Notes: generated by a model not told the origin, from the sequence alone. Counted from the first letter of the stretch, positions 43,254-55,892 are shown. The stretch: DNA of 57,567 bases from Anaerolineales bacterium (GCA_046259355.1 JBJYWH010000134.1:1-57567); one strand, 5' to 3'. Program-made: numbers and translations.

Positions 43254-43954
43254 CGGATAAACCCATGGGTTCCTCACCTCGGGCAGCCCTGGACAGCGAA
43301 CTTGCCAAGATCAAGGATGAGATCCTGCGCATGGGCGATCAGGTCGATTCGGCTCTGGCGCAGGCGGTCACTGCGCTACGGGAGCGCGATACGGATTCGG
43401 CGCACGAAATCATCGCGCATGACGCCGAGATCAACGCCAAGCGTTTTGAGGTCGAAGAGCACTGCCTGAGCCTGATCGCCACGCAGCAGCCGGCCGCCAG
43501 CGACCTGCGTGCGATCGTGGCGGCGATGAATATGGTCAATGACCTCGAGCGGATGGGCGATCATGCCGTCGGGATCTCCAAGGCGGTTATCCGCATGCAG
43601 GACGACCCTCCGCTCGAGATTCCGGTCGAATTCACGCGCATGTACGATCTGGCGCGCGGCATGCTGCACGATGCCCTGCTCTCCTATCGCGATACGGACC
43701 TCAAGCTGGCGCGAAAAGTGGCCGATCAGGATGACGAGATCGATGTGCACTACCGCAAGCTTTTCCGCGATCTGCTGGCCGTCATGGCCCGCTCGCCGGA
43801 AAACTCCGGCGCGGCGGTGCGGCTGCAGTTCGCCAGCCACAACCTGGAACGCATCGCTGACCGCTCCACGAACCTGGTCGAGCGGGTCATCTTTCTCTCG
43901 AGCGGCGAGATGGAAGAGTTGAATCCCGAACCTGACGAAACCGGACTCAACTAA
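43250..43954 (+). CDS. phoU: phosphate signalling complex protein PhoU
   Basis: 234 aa with two PhoU repeats carrying DLERMGDHA and NLERIADRS (E/DxxxD). Confidence 0.92.
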   Translation: MTDKPMGSSPRAALDSELAKIKDEILRMGDQVDSALAQAVTALRERDTDSAHEIIAHDAEINAKRFEVEEHCLSLIATQQPAASDLRAIVAAMNMVNDLERMGDHAVGISKAVIRMQDDPPLEIPVEFTRMYDLARGMLHDALLSYRDTDLKLARKVADQDDEIDVHYRKLFRDLLAVMARSPENSGAAVRLQFASHNLERIADRSTNLVERVIFLSSGEMEELNPEPDETGLN

Positions 43955-43970
43955 CCTCCTGCCCCTTTCA

Positions 43971-44004
43971 ATCGCCCCGGCTGGACTTGGCCGGGGCGAT
44001 TTTG
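43971..44004 (+). terminator. rho-independent terminator of the pst-phoU operon
   Basis: Perfect 11-bp stem ATCGCCCCGGC/GCCGGGGCGAT with an 8-nt loop, followed by TTTTG. Confidence 0.8.
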
Positions 44005-44177
44005 ATGCTACAATACGGCGCCCGTGCCCGTCTTCGGGCTGGAGCGGCAGGCCTTCAGCCGGCATGCCGACGCCCAGGACACGGTTACAACGCATCGGTC
44101 CGCTGGCGGGTGACGCATCGCCCGGCTCGCACGCCGGATCCGTCCCCGGCCAACTCCTGAGAAAAGGACATCAATCC

Positions 44178-45392
44178 ATGGATCTTCCTCTTCGACGCGT
44201 GGACGACTTTCGGGGCGTTGTTCCGGATTCGGCCCTGGCCGAACTGCGCGCGGCGGCAGAACCACTGCAGGGCGCGACCGTTGTCCATGTCAACGCGACC
44301 AGTTACGGCGGGGGTGTAGCCGAGATCCTCGATAACTTCGTGCTGTTGATGAATGACCTCGGACTGCGCACGGATTGGCGCGTGATACACGGCATTCCAG
44401 AATATTTTGACGTGACGAAGAAGTTCCACAACGCCCTTCAGGGTGGGAAGCTGGAGTTTTCGGCGGACGAACTCTCGCTCTACAAGGCGATCAACGAAAG
44501 ATTCGCGGCCTTCGCGTTCCTCGATCATGACTATGTCATCATTCACGATCCGCAGCCCTGTGCGCTGGTCGAATATGTCGACCATCAGTCGCCATGGGTC
44601 TGGCGCTGCCACATCGACATCACCCATGCCAACCGGCAGGCATGGGAGTTCATGGAGCCGTTCATCTCGCGCTACGACCGCATGGTGGTCTCATCCGAGA
44701 TTTACCGTGTCCAGGATTTGAAGCTGCAGCAGGACATCATCTCGCCTTCCATCGACCCGCTTTCCGCGAAGAACATGGACCTGCCGCAGGAGACGATTGA
44801 GGAATATCTCGCCCAGTACCGGATTCCGATGGATAAGCCCATCATGACCCAGGTCTCGCGCTTCGATCCATGGAAAGACCCCGAGGGGGTGTTGAAGGTT
44901 TTCGACCGGGTCAAAGAAGCGGTCGACTGCCGGTTGATCTTCGTCTACAACATGGCCAGTGATGATCCCGAGGGGGTCAAGATCCTTTCACAGATGCTCG
45001 AGGCGGCCAAGAACTATCTTGAAGCGGGAGAGGTGCTCTTTATTCGCGGGGACGATCCGGTGCTGGTGAATGTCATGCAGCGAATTTCGGATGTCGTCGT
45101 TCAAAAGTCGACCCGGGAGGGCTTCGGACTCGTTATCACCGAGGCGATGTGGAAGGGAACGCCGGTCGTGGCTTCGAACGTGGGCGGCATCCCCACCCAG
45201 ATGGTGGATGGCGTGACGGGCTACATGCTCCCCCCGAAGGATTATGATGGCTTCGCGGAGAAGATCGTGAAACTGCTCGAAGACCGGGAGCTGGCCGCGC
45301 AGCTCGGCGAGCAGGCCCGGGAGCACGTGCGCGATAATTTTCTTGTCACGCGCCACCTGATGGATTATCTCGAGCTGCTCGCGAGCCTGTAG
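44178..45392 (+). CDS. GT4 glycosyltransferase, TreT (trehalose synthase)-like
   Basis: N-terminus VVHVNATSYGGGVAEIL...FDVTKKFHNALQG and C-terminal GT1 core (STREGFGLVITEAMWKGTPVVASNVGG). ATG at 44178. Confidence 0.7.
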   Translation: MDLPLRRVDDFRGVVPDSALAELRAAAEPLQGATVVHVNATSYGGGVAEILDNFVLLMNDLGLRTDWRVIHGIPEYFDVTKKFHNALQGGKLEFSADELSLYKAINERFAAFAFLDHDYVIIHDPQPCALVEYVDHQSPWVWRCHIDITHANRQAWEFMEPFISRYDRMVVSSEIYRVQDLKLQQDIISPSIDPLSAKNMDLPQETIEEYLAQYRIPMDKPIMTQVSRFDPWKDPEGVLKVFDRVKEAVDCRLIFVYNMASDDPEGVKILSQMLEAAKNYLEAGEVLFIRGDDPVLVNVMQRISDVVVQKSTREGFGLVITEAMWKGTPVVASNVGGIPTQMVDGVTGYMLPPKDYDGFAEKIVKLLEDRELAAQLGEQAREHVRDNFLVTRHLMDYLELLASL

Positions 45393-45438
45393 AACGCAAA
45401 GATCGCGGACCCTGAGAATTGCTTTTGGAAGGGACTGG

Positions 45439-45465
45439 CAGGGGCACGGTGTCGCCGTGCCCCTG
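45439..45465 (+). terminator. terminator hairpin after the GT4 gene
   Basis: Perfect 11-bp stem CAGGGGCACGG/CCGTGCCCCTG with a 5-nt loop, followed by TGGATTTTAAAT. Confidence 0.65.
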
Positions 45466-45488
45466 TGGATTTTAAATGGAATTCGATT

Positions 45489-46211
45489 CTACCCGCCTGC
45501 CGCAGCCACAAAATCCAGTTCAAGCTGCACCTGTTCGGAAACTCCCGCCACCTGCGGAACGGAGGGTATTTGAAGATCGAAATCGGCGCGCTGAACGGTG
45601 GCCTGCGCGCGGCCGGAAATTCGAGTTCCGCTCTCGATATTCACGCTTACATCAAAGGTGACCGGCCGGATGATATCCCGTATCGCCAGCTGACCGGCGA
45701 CCTGGAAGGAGATTGCGTCCCCAACGGATACGGCCGAGGGGAGACCGACGATCGATTCCGGCGTGAAGGTGATCGTGGGGTAATCGCCAGTCTGCAGGAT
45801 GAAGTTGGCGATCGCCCGGTTGCGGAAATTGTTATCCGTCGCCAGCGAATCGGCGCCGATCATGATCGGGCCGATTGAGGCCTCGGTCGGGTGGGCAGGA
45901 TCGATGCGAATCTGCCCCTGCACGTCGCGGGTGGCACCAACGACGGTTTTGGGCGAGCCGGCCAGGACTTCATCGATGATAAAGCGCGCTTCGCTCTCGG
46001 CTGGCACGATGGAGAACATGAGTTCGCCGCTTCCCGACGCGCCCGACGATTCTGGCACCGTGGTCGGCGCCGGTCCCGTTGGGGCTGCAGGGGTTTCTTT
46101 TGCTGCCGGGAGCTCGGTGGCTGTGGCCGGCGCCTCACTGCTGCAGGCAGCAAGCAGCACGGCTGCGAGTATCAAGAAGGAGAAATTGCGCACAGCAACG
46201 GGTTTCTTCAT
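45489..46211 (-). CDS. YceI-family lipoprotein
   Basis: Lipobox LLAAC. A Pro/Thr/Ala linker followed by a YceI-like core (ESEARFIIDEVLAGSPKTVVGATRDVQGQI). Confidence 0.7.
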   Translation of the reverse strand: MKKPVAVRNFSFLILAAVLLAACSSEAPATATELPAAKETPAAPTGPAPTTVPESSGASGSGELMFSIVPAESEARFIIDEVLAGSPKTVVGATRDVQGQIRIDPAHPTEASIGPIMIGADSLATDNNFRNRAIANFILQTGDYPTITFTPESIVGLPSAVSVGDAISFQVAGQLAIRDIIRPVTFDVSVNIESGTRISGRAQATVQRADFDLQIPSVPQVAGVSEQVQLELDFVAAAGG

Positions 46212-46332
46212 GTGAATTTCAATCCTTTGGCAAGGGTTTGGGATTATCGTGTGCCGATATCACGGCGACACGTATTGGGGCATTGTATCAAAGCGCAGCG
46301 AGGCGGAGAATTCTCCGCCCCGCTGTTTGATT

Positions 46333-47049
46333 TCATCCCTGTGGGGTGGCGGTCGCGGCGGCGCGCTCTTCCAGCCAGGTGATCAGCGGTTCGATCAGCA
46401 TCGTATTCGCTCGCCGCTGGAAGGTGCCACCGTTGGCCTCGATCATGGCCTGGCGCGTGGCCTGCATCTCGGGCGTCAAACCCTCTCCCCCCGCGAATTC
46501 CCCACCGCCAGGCCCGCCCGCGAAACCGCCACCGCCCGGACCGCCTTCACCGGGCACGAAATCCGGCCGCCCGCCCCCCTGGCCGGCGTTGCCGGAGAAG
46601 CGGTTGGTGGAGGTGCCGGACGAGTCGGATGGGCTGAGGCCCAACTGCTGCATCATCTGGAACATATTCTGGCTGCTGAAATCCTGGTTTGCAATCCAGG
46701 TCAACTGATCGCCGGTCATCTCGACGTTGATCTGCTTGAGCACGGCGTCGATCTCGGCCTGTACGCTGGTGTCGCTCTCCATCAAGGTCTTCATCAACTG
46801 CCAGAGGGGCAGCAATCTGGCCGCCTGTTCGGGCGTAACCGCCTGGTCGCTGTTTTCCAGCATGAGCGTGCCGATCAGCAGTTGGTCAGTGGCGGGAAGC
46901 TGGAAATTGAATTCGGTCGCGGCCGGCGTGCCGGTTATGGAGGCCTGGACGCCGGTTGCGGTGGTCCCGGAGGATTCGCTCGATCCGGCGGAGCAGGCCG
47001 TCAATGCGGCCAGGACACCCAGGACCATCAAACGGTAAAACGGTTTCAT
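46333..47049 (-). CDS. hypothetical lipoprotein with Gly-rich low-complexity segment
   Basis: Lipobox ALTAC. Segment GQGGGRPDFVPGEGGPGGGGFAGGPGGGEFAGGEG. Lies downstream of the MacAB-like genes on the same strand. Confidence 0.55.
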   Translation of the reverse strand: MKPFYRLMVLGVLAALTACSAGSSESSGTTATGVQASITGTPAATEFNFQLPATDQLLIGTLMLENSDQAVTPEQAARLLPLWQLMKTLMESDTSVQAEIDAVLKQINVEMTGDQLTWIANQDFSSQNMFQMMQQLGLSPSDSSGTSTNRFSGNAGQGGGRPDFVPGEGGPGGGGFAGGPGGGEFAGGEGLTPEMQATRQAMIEANGGTFQRRANTMLIEPLITWLEERAAATATPQG

Positions 47050-47112
47050 AACAACACCTCACAAGAAGGCAACCCCAAACGGGTTGTCGAAATTTCGCCT
47101 GCCGGACAGGAT

Positions 47113-48344
<1,232 letters not shown>

Positions 48345-48348
<4 letters not shown>

Positions 48349-49070
48349 GATGCCACCTCGATCTCACGCCCGCCGTGACCGTTTTGTATCTCGCGCTCCA
48401 ATTTTCCGTCCAGCATGTGGACCGTGCGCTGGGTGTGGGCTGCGATGTCGGGGTCATGTGTCACCATGACGATCGTGCGGCCCTGCTGGTGCAGGTCATG
48501 CAGCAGGGCCATGATCTCCTCGCCGGAGCGGCTGTCCAGGTTTCCTGTCGGTTCATCCGCCAGGAGCAAGGCCGGGTCATTGACCAGTGCCCGAGCGATC
48601 GCAACCCGCTGCTGCTGACCGCCCGAGAGCTCCTGCGGTTCGTGGTCGACCCGGTCGCCCAGGCCGACCGATTCAAGTGCGGCACGAGCCCTCTCTTCTC
48701 GCGCCGGGTGAGGCATGTGGTCCTGGTTGTAGAGCAGCGGCAGCATCACATTCTGCAGGGCCGACGTGCGGGCCAACAGGTTGTAGGACTGGAAGACAAA
48801 ACCGATCGTGCGGTTGCGAATCTGCGCCCGCTGCACGCGGTCAAGATTGCTGACTTCCATGCTGTCCAGCTGGTAACTTCCCTGTGTGGGCCGGTCGAGG
48901 CAGCCGAGGATGTTCATCAAGGTGCTCTTTCCGGATCCCGACGGCCCCATGATGGCCACGAATTCGCCGTGCTCGATACGCAGGCTGACCCCGTCCAGCG
49001 CCCGGACCTGGATGCCGTTCATCCCATAGACCTTTTCAAGGTCCTCGGTGGCAATGATAGCCTTACCCAT
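48345..49070 (-). CDS. ABC transporter ATP-binding protein (MacB/LolD-type)
   Basis: Motifs [35 protein letters not shown] and VTHD. ATGA overlap with the permease. Confidence 0.92.
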
Positions 49071-50482
49071 TACTGAGTCTCCACGATGCCGGTCGAGACC
49101 ACCTCGCCGCGCTGCAGTCCTTCGGACACGGCTGCGTAGGTGACATCCATCAGATCAACCTTGACCATGCGCAGTTCCAGGTCACCGTTCTGCACGACAA
49201 AGACAGCATAGTTCCCTGGAGAGACCTCGCGCAGGGCCTCCACCGGCACCAGGGCTTCGCCTATCGCTCGGCCGGCAATCACATCAACCGCCGCGCTCAC
49301 GCCAAGCGGGAGCACGGAGACCTGCCCCGCATAGGTGTCATCGACCAGGGCAAGCGCCTTGATGGCCGAGACGTTGCCCGAGCGGTACAGGCTGGGATCG
49401 ATCTGGACCACGCGGCCGCTGAAAACAGTATCCGGGATGGCGTCAAAGGTGATCTCCACCTCGTAACCCAGGGCGATCTTGTCGAGATCGGTCTCGTCCA
49501 GATAGAACTCGATATGCGGCTGGCTGAGGTCGGCCAGCGTGATGAAACCGCCCGAAGCCACCTCGCCGACAGCCGCATTGATGGACAGAATCGTCCCGGA
49601 GAAGGGAGCCTCGATCACAGCCTGATCGAGGTTGCTCTGGGCTTCTTCCAGCGATGCCCGGGCGTTGGAAAGCTGCAACTCGGCTTTCGCCAGCTCATCC
49701 GGGTCAGGTCCGGAGGCAACCTGCTCAAATGCTCGCTGGGCCTCCCCCACTTTGGCCTGGGCCAGGGCGACCTGTGCTTCAAGCTGAGCCTGTTCGATGT
49801 CGGTCGGTTGGCCGTTGTACCAGTTCCAGCTCCAGAGGGCGGAGTTGTATCGCTTTTCGGCATTGGCAACATTCAGTTTTAAGAAATCGTTCTCTGGATC
49901 CAGGTCGAGCTGGCTCTTTGCGCGTTCCAGATTGGATTCGGCCAGCGCCAGCTCCGCCTTGGCGGCTTCAAGCGTCGCCTCACTGGCGCGGTTGCCCTGC
50001 TGCGCGACCGACCATTCGCGCTGCGCGTCCTTTAAATCCTGCTGGGCGTTCGCCAGATCGAGCTGGGCCTGGGCTTTTACCATGTCGGCGTTGGCCTTCA
50101 GCGTGTCCAGCGCCTGCTGGGCGTTGAGGACTTCGAGCTGGCTGGATGAGACAGCGGCCGTAAGCTTCTCCTGTTCGCCTTCGACAGCTAGCACATCCCC
50201 TTCCTGCACCTTGTCGCCGACCTGAACGTGGAGTTCGTCGACCGGCCCGGCGGCGCCGAAGCTGAGCTGTACCTCATCGTTCGAGATGAGCGTCCCGGTT
50301 CCGCTGGCGCGCAGAACAAGGTCGCCCTGGCGGACGGTTGCCGTTTGCATCTGAGGTTCGGCCGATGCTGCTTCGGATGTGGGCCGCAGGAATCCATAGG
50401 CCGCAGCCGCTGCGGCCAGCACGATGACCAGGATCAGGACGACCCAATGCCACCGCCGCAGACGGGCCAATATTCTTCGCAT
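49070..50482 (-). CDS. HlyD/MacA-family periplasmic adaptor subunit
   Basis: ATG at 50482 after AAGGAG. N-terminal anchor [19 protein letters not shown], then a lipoyl / long coiled-coil / beta-barrel layout. Confidence 0.85.
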   Translation of the reverse strand: MRRILARLRRWHWVVLILVIVLAAAAAAYGFLRPTSEAASAEPQMQTATVRQGDLVLRASGTGTLISNDEVQLSFGAAGPVDELHVQVGDKVQEGDVLAVEGEQEKLTAAVSSSQLEVLNAQQALDTLKANADMVKAQAQLDLANAQQDLKDAQREWSVAQQGNRASEATLEAAKAELALAESNLERAKSQLDLDPENDFLKLNVANAEKRYNSALWSWNWYNGQPTDIEQAQLEAQVALAQAKVGEAQRAFEQVASGPDPDELAKAELQLSNARASLEEAQSNLDQAVIEAPFSGTILSINAAVGEVASGGFITLADLSQPHIEFYLDETDLDKIALGYEVEITFDAIPDTVFSGRVVQIDPSLYRSGNVSAIKALALVDDTYAGQVSVLPLGVSAAVDVIAGRAIGEALVPVEALREVSPGNYAVFVVQNGDLELRMVKVDLMDVTYAAVSEGLQRGEVVSTGIVETQ

Positions 50483-50759
50483 GGCGAACTCCTTCTTCTT
50501 AAAAAAACGGATATCAATCCAGCCTGAACGATAGCCCTGCCGCATGTGGAATATATGTCTGCGGTGTGAAGAACCTGTGAATGAAGCAGGATCGATTTGG
50601 GAGTGATGCTCCCGTGAACCTGCCGCCTGCTCTTCGAAAGCCTGTCGGAAAGTTGGGACGTCGATGTCAGCTTCCTGCACAGGCCGCCATGCTATAATGC
50701 GCGCGGTGGGGCGGAAGCCCCACAGCTGTTATCCGCTCAAGGAGCATACGAACTTGACC

Positions 50760-53588
50760 ATGGAAAATACCCCCGCCGAGAAATCTCCGGGTGAGGCATT
50801 GGGTCAGGATGTCGCAGAGAACGAAATCTGGCACGCCCTGGAAACATCCGCGGTCGTACAGGCCCTAAAAACTTCACCGAAGGAAGGGTTGAGTTCCTCG
50901 GAAGCGGAAAGGCGCATCAGCACCTTCGGCGTCAACGAACTGGCGGGTGCGCCGCCACCATCCTTGCTGCAGTTGATCCTGGAGCAGTTCAACAACTTCA
51001 TCGTGATTGTCCTGATTGTCGCCGCGGTGCTGTCCGCCATTCTGGGCGACTACATCGAGGCCGGCGCGATCCTGGCGATCGTGGTGCTCAATGCCCTGCT
51101 GGGCGTGATCCAGGAGCGGCGGGCCGAGCAAGCCCTGGCGGCGCTGCGGCGTCTGGCAGCACCGGATGCCCAGGTGATTCGCGACGGGCACCGGCAGACG
51201 GTGCCGGCACGAGAACTGGTCCCGGGCGACCTGGTGCTGCTGGAAGCGGGGAATTTCGTCCCGGCCGATATGAGGCTGACGGAGACGGTCAACCTGCGTA
51301 TTGAAGAGGCCGCGCTGACCGGCGAATCGGTGCCGGTCAACAAAGATGCCCGCCTGGTGCTCACCCAGGAAATTTCACTCGGCGATCGGCGCAACACCGC
51401 ATTCAGCGGCACGCTGGTAGCCTACGGGCGCGGCAGCGGCGTGGTCGTGAGTACCGGCATGCGCACGCAGATTGGCATGATTGCCGCTATGCTGCAGTCC
51501 GTTCACGAAGAGCCCACACCGCTACAGCGCAAGCTGGATGACCTGGGCCGGACCCTCGGCTGGGCGGCCCTGATCGTGTGCGGGTTGGTCTTCGGGATCG
51601 GCTGGATGCGCGGCATCGAGCCGGTGGAGATGTTCCTGACGGCGGTGAGTCTGGCGGTCGCCGCTGTGCCGGAAGGCCTGGCGGCCGTCGTGACGATCAC
51701 GCTGGCGATGGGTATGCGCGAGATGATCACGCGCCACGCGCTGATTCGACGCCTGGCTTCGGTCGAGACCCTGGGCTCGACGACGGTCATATGCTCCGAC
51801 AAGACCGGCACCCTGACACAAAACCAGATGACCGTCACCCGCATCTGGGTGGATGGGGTAGATTTCGAGGTGACCGGGGGTGGATTTGAGCCGGTGGGCG
51901 ACTTTCGGGTCAGGGGTGAGCCGATCGAGTTCAGCAAGTATCCTGCCCTGACTTCGGCATTGTGGGTGGCTGCTCTGGCGAATGATGCCGAGATCGAAAC
52001 CTCACAGGGCGAGGATGGCGGCCAATCGACGCGCGTCGTCGGCGACCCAACCGAAGCGGCTCTGCTGATCGCCGCCGGGAAGGCAGGGGCCTTCCGCCCC
52101 GCCCTCGAGCAGGCCTACCCGCGCATCGACGAAATCCCGTTCGATTCGGCCCGCAAACGCATGACAACGGTTCACAAGATCCTGGCGCCCGACCCGGATG
52201 ATGTCAGCCCGTTCTACGATAAAAACCTGCAGGAATGGGAAGTCGCCGCGATCAAAGGCGCCCCGGATGTGGTGCTCAACCTGTGCACGCACTATCAATC
52301 GATGAACGATGAGCAGGCGGTCATGACAGAAGAAGTGCGCGATCGCATCTTCGAGGTCAATGCGAGCATGGCGCGTTCCGCACTGCGCGTGATCGCGGTC
52401 GCATATCGAGTAGAACGTGACGTCCCGGATGAAGCCACGCCGGAAAAGGTGGAGCACGACTTCATCTTCCTGGGCTTGATCGGTATGATCGATCCCCCGC
52501 GCCGGGAGGCTGCGCCGGCCATCGACCGTGCCCGACGGGCCGGCATCCGCACCCTGATGATCACCGGCGACTACCCGGATACGGCCGAGGAAATCGCCGA
52601 GGAAATTGGCCTGCTTCGCCAAGGGCACGGTGTGCTGACGGGCAACGAGCTCAACAAGCTCGAAGATGAGAGCTTGATGGCAGCGGTTGGCCATACGGAT
52701 GTGTTTGCGCGTGTCTCACCCGAGCACAAAGTGCGCATTGTCGACGCGCTGAAGAAGCGCGGTGAAGTCGTCGCCATGACCGGCGACGGCGTAAACGACG
52801 CCCCGGCGCTCAAGCGGGCCGACATCGGCATTGCCATGGGCGTGACCGGCACGGATGTCGCCAAGGAAACAGCCGACATGGTGCTGACAGACGACAACTA
52901 CGCCAGCATCGTGGCTGCCGTCGAGCAGGGCCGGGTGATCTACTCGAACATTCGGAAATTCGTTTTCTATCTGCTTTCCTGCAACCTGGCCGAAATTGCG
53001 GTCATCTTCATCGCCATTTTGATCGGCCTGCCGGCGCCGCTGACTCCCATTCAGTTGCTGTGGCTGAACCTGATCACGGACGGAGCCCCGGCGCTTGCGC
53101 TGGGCATGGAGAAGGGGGATCCCGACACGATGGATCGGCCGCCGCGACCGCCGAGCGAACCGGTCATCAACCGGCCGATGCGGCTGGGAATCGGTATCCA
53201 GACGGTCGCCATCGCCGGGGTCACGCTGGCCGCATACCTGCTGGGAATCCAGCTTTACCCGGGCATCCCCGAAGAAGCCAAGACGATGGCTTTCGTGACG
53301 CTTTCCTTTTCGGAACTGCTGCGGGCATTCACAGCCCGGTCGGAAAACTACCCGCTGCTGCGGGTGGGCGTGTTCAGCAACCGCTGGATGGTCGTGGCGG
53401 TGCTCACATCGCTTGCGCTGCTGGCGGGTGTGGTTTACATACCGTTCCTGCAGCCGATTTTCAACACCGTGCCCCTGGGGTGGTTGGAGTGGGAAATTGT
53501 GCTGCCGCTGCTGCTTGTCCCAGCGGTTGTCGCCGAACTCACGAAATTCATCCGGACTCGGATGGCGGGAAGCGTCCAGCCCGCATAA
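50760..53588 (+). CDS. P-type cation-transporting ATPase (type II, Ca2+/Mg2+-like)
   Basis: Motifs TGES, PEGLAAV, CSDKTGTLT, MITGD and TGDGVNDAPALK, with 10 TM helices. Start is the ATG at 50760 (or the TTG at 50754). Confidence 0.92.
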   Translation: MENTPAEKSPGEALGQDVAENEIWHALETSAVVQALKTSPKEGLSSSEAERRISTFGVNELAGAPPPSLLQLILEQFNNFIVIVLIVAAVLSAILGDYIEAGAILAIVVLNALLGVIQERRAEQALAALRRLAAPDAQVIRDGHRQTVPARELVPGDLVLLEAGNFVPADMRLTETVNLRIEEAALTGESVPVNKDARLVLTQEISLGDRRNTAFSGTLVAYGRGSGVVVSTGMRTQIGMIAAMLQSVHEEPTPLQRKLDDLGRTLGWAALIVCGLVFGIGWMRGIEPVEMFLTAVSLAVAAVPEGLAAVVTITLAMGMREMITRHALIRRLASVETLGSTTVICSDKTGTLTQNQMTVTRIWVDGVDFEVTGGGFEPVGDFRVRGEPIEFSKYPALTSALWVAALANDAEIETSQGEDGGQSTRVVGDPTEAALLIAAGKAGAFRPALEQAYPRIDEIPFDSARKRMTTVHKILAPDPDDVSPFYDKNLQEWEVAAIKGAPDVVLNLCTHYQSMNDEQAVMTEEVRDRIFEVNASMARSALRVIAVAYRVERDVPDEATPEKVEHDFIFLGLIGMIDPPRREAAPAIDRARRAGIRTLMITGDYPDTAEEIAEEIGLLRQGHGVLTGNELNKLEDESLMAAVGHTDVFARVSPEHKVRIVDALKKRGEVVAMTGDGVNDAPALKRADIGIAMGVTGTDVAKETADMVLTDDNYASIVAAVEQGRVIYSNIRKFVFYLLSCNLAEIAVIFIAILIGLPAPLTPIQLLWLNLITDGAPALALGMEKGDPDTMDRPPRPPSEPVINRPMRLGIGIQTVAIAGVTLAAYLLGIQLYPGIPEEAKTMAFVTLSFSELLRAFTARSENYPLLRVGVFSNRWMVVAVLTSLALLAGVVYIPFLQPIFNTVPLGWLEWEIVLPLLLVPAVVAELTKFIRTRMAGSVQPA

Positions 53589-53652
53589 ATCGGCCCAACG
53601 TCTGCATGCTCAGGTTCCCAACTCGAAGGGAGCGAAAGCCTTCCGGTTCGAA

Positions 53653-54483
53653 TCAGGGTACATTGCGCTCGGTCAGGGTGTGGTAAAGCTCTGGCCGGCG
53701 GTCTCCGAGCAGATCGAGTTCATATTCGCCTGGGACGAAGATGCGTCGTTTTTCGTCGCTGGCGGATAGATCGACATCGGCGATGAGCAGCTCGGCTTGA
53801 TCTTCGCTTCCCTCCGCCAGGATCGCACCGGCGGGATCGATGATCAGGCTCCGACCGAGGTACTTCGTGCCGCCCTCGCGGCCGATCCGATTGGCAGCCG
53901 CCAGGAAAACCCCGTTTTCCGCGGCCCGTGTGGGGGCAAGGAATTCGGGGTAGAGCGTGGCACTATCCGGCCAGGCGGTTGAAAGCAAGACAACCTGCGC
54001 CCCGAGCAAGGCCAGCACTCGGGCCGGCTCGGGAAAACGAAGGTCGTAGCAGATGAGCGGTCCGATCCGGGCGAGACCGGTATCGAGCACCGGACCGATT
54101 CGCCCGCCGGGCTGCAGGTAGCGATCGACACCCAGGAAGGGAAGATGCGTCTTGCGGTAACTCCCGAGCAGCCCATGCGGGGAAACGAGTATGCAGCTGT
54201 TGTAGATCTCTCCCGACGGAGCCAGTTCGAGCAAGCCGATCTGGAACGTCCGGCGGTGCCTTCGGGCCAAATCCACCAGCGCTTCGCTCTGCGGCCCCGG
54301 GATTGGATGTGCAAAGTGCGCAGCTTCGGCCGCGGAGAGCTCGTATCCGCTGAGTGCACATTCCGGGAAGACCGCCAGCCCTACATCCTGATCGGCGAGT
54401 TCCCCCAGCCAGCGGTCGACCTGCGCCAGGTTCGCCACTTCATCCTTCCATGCTGGTTCCATCTGCACGACGGCGATTCGCAT
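53653..54483 (-). CDS. carbon-nitrogen hydrolase (nitrilase superfamily) protein
   Basis: MRIAVVQMEP. E-K-C triad contexts FPECAL, RKTHLP and LICYDLRFPE. ATG at 54483. Confidence 0.85.
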   Translation of the reverse strand: MRIAVVQMEPAWKDEVANLAQVDRWLGELADQDVGLAVFPECALSGYELSAAEAAHFAHPIPGPQSEALVDLARRHRRTFQIGLLELAPSGEIYNSCILVSPHGLLGSYRKTHLPFLGVDRYLQPGGRIGPVLDTGLARIGPLICYDLRFPEPARVLALLGAQVVLLSTAWPDSATLYPEFLAPTRAAENGVFLAAANRIGREGGTKYLGRSLIIDPAGAILAEGSEDQAELLIADVDLSASDEKRRIFVPGEYELDLLGDRRPELYHTLTERNVP

Positions 54484-54587
54484 ATCACCACCGGACTTTC
54501 TGCGGAGACGATTGCCCGCAAGGCTGCGTTTCACGGCAGAGTATACAAGACCTCCGGGAGGTACATGACATTGAGAAGGAGGCCATC

Positions 54588-55877
54588 ATGAACATCCTCA
54601 ATGCCTTCGAGCCCTGGTGGCGCTTCGCTGCCGCTGTCTTAATCGGAGCCTTGATCGGTCTTGAACGCGAATTCGTGCAGCAGCGCAGCGGTGAGCGGGA
54701 ATTTGGCGGGATCCGCACCTTCGCGCTGACGGCGCTGCTGGGAGCCATTGCGGCGCACTTCACCCAGCGCTTTGGGCTGCTGATCTTCATGGGCGCCTAC
54801 GTTGGCCTGGTTCTGATGCTTTGGGCCAGCAACCTCGCCCCGGCATTACGTGGGGAGGAAGAAGGCATTACAACCGAGATCGCGGCGTTGATGACGCCGC
54901 TGCTCGGGGCGATGGTCGTCTGGGATGAAGCGGAGCTCGCGGCCGCGCTTGGGGTGGTAACCGCCCTGATCCTGGCCTTGAAGCCCGGCCTGCATAACCT
55001 GGCTCGCCGGATGAGCGCCGAAGATCTGCGCGCCACGCTTGAATTCGCCATTATCACGGCCGTGATTCTGCCGCTGCTGCCCAACCAGGGCTATGGACCC
55101 TTCCAGCTGCTCAACCCGTTCCTGATCTGGCTGCTGGTCGTCTTCGTTTCAGGGATTGGATTCATCGGGTACGTCTTGATGAAGGTGCTGGGCGCCGAGG
55201 AGGGCATCGGCCTGACCGGGCTGCTGGGCGGCCTGGTGAGCAGCACGGCCACGACCCTCAGCTTTGCCGGGCGCAGCAAGTCCAGCCTGGGACTGACCGA
55301 TGCCCTGGCACAGGGCATCCTGCTGGCATCGAGCGTGATGTTTCCGCGCGTGCTGATCGAGGTGGCGGTCGTCAATCGGGAACTGCTGCCTCTCGTCAGC
55401 ATCCCGTTGGGAGCGATGACACTCCTCGGTGCCGTGCTGGTGGGTCATTATTGGTTTCGACACCGGGCTCAGCATCACGAAGAGCAGCCGTCCCGGGTGA
55501 AGCTGGGAAACCCGCTCCGGCTGCAGACCGCGATCGGTTTCGGCTTGCTCTTTGCGTTGGTGCTGGTCGCCGTGCGGGCGGCAAATGAGTATCTGGGGAC
55601 AGCCGGTGTCTACGCCGCCAGCGTGCTCACGGGGATCACCGACGTGGACTCGATCACATTGAGCGTATCCGACCTTTCCGCCAAGGGTGCACTCGAACCG
55701 CGCGTCGCCGCTTTCGCCGTCGTGCTCGCAACGCTGGTGAACACGACGACCAAGGCGGTCACCGCCGGCGTGCTCGGTTCACCCGGACTGCGGCGCATCA
55801 TCGGGCGTTCCTTCGGGCTCGTCCTGCTGATCGGAATCATCACCAGCACGCTGACATTCCTCATGATGACCGGTTGA
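54588..55877 (+). CDS. MgtC/SapB family plus DUF4010 membrane protein
   Basis: ATG at 54588 after GAAGGAGG. N-terminus AAAVLIGALIGLEREF is the MgtC signature. About 12 TM helices. Confidence 0.75.
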   Translation: MNILNAFEPWWRFAAAVLIGALIGLEREFVQQRSGEREFGGIRTFALTALLGAIAAHFTQRFGLLIFMGAYVGLVLMLWASNLAPALRGEEEGITTEIAALMTPLLGAMVVWDEAELAAALGVVTALILALKPGLHNLARRMSAEDLRATLEFAIITAVILPLLPNQGYGPFQLLNPFLIWLLVVFVSGIGFIGYVLMKVLGAEEGIGLTGLLGGLVSSTATTLSFAGRSKSSLGLTDALAQGILLASSVMFPRVLIEVAVVNRELLPLVSIPLGAMTLLGAVLVGHYWFRHRAQHHEEQPSRVKLGNPLRLQTAIGFGLLFALVLVAVRAANEYLGTAGVYAASVLTGITDVDSITLSVSDLSAKGALEPRVAAFAVVLATLVNTTTKAVTAGVLGSPGLRRIIGRSFGLVLLIGIITSTLTFLMMTG

Positions 55878-55892
55878 AGCCCGGGCAGGTGA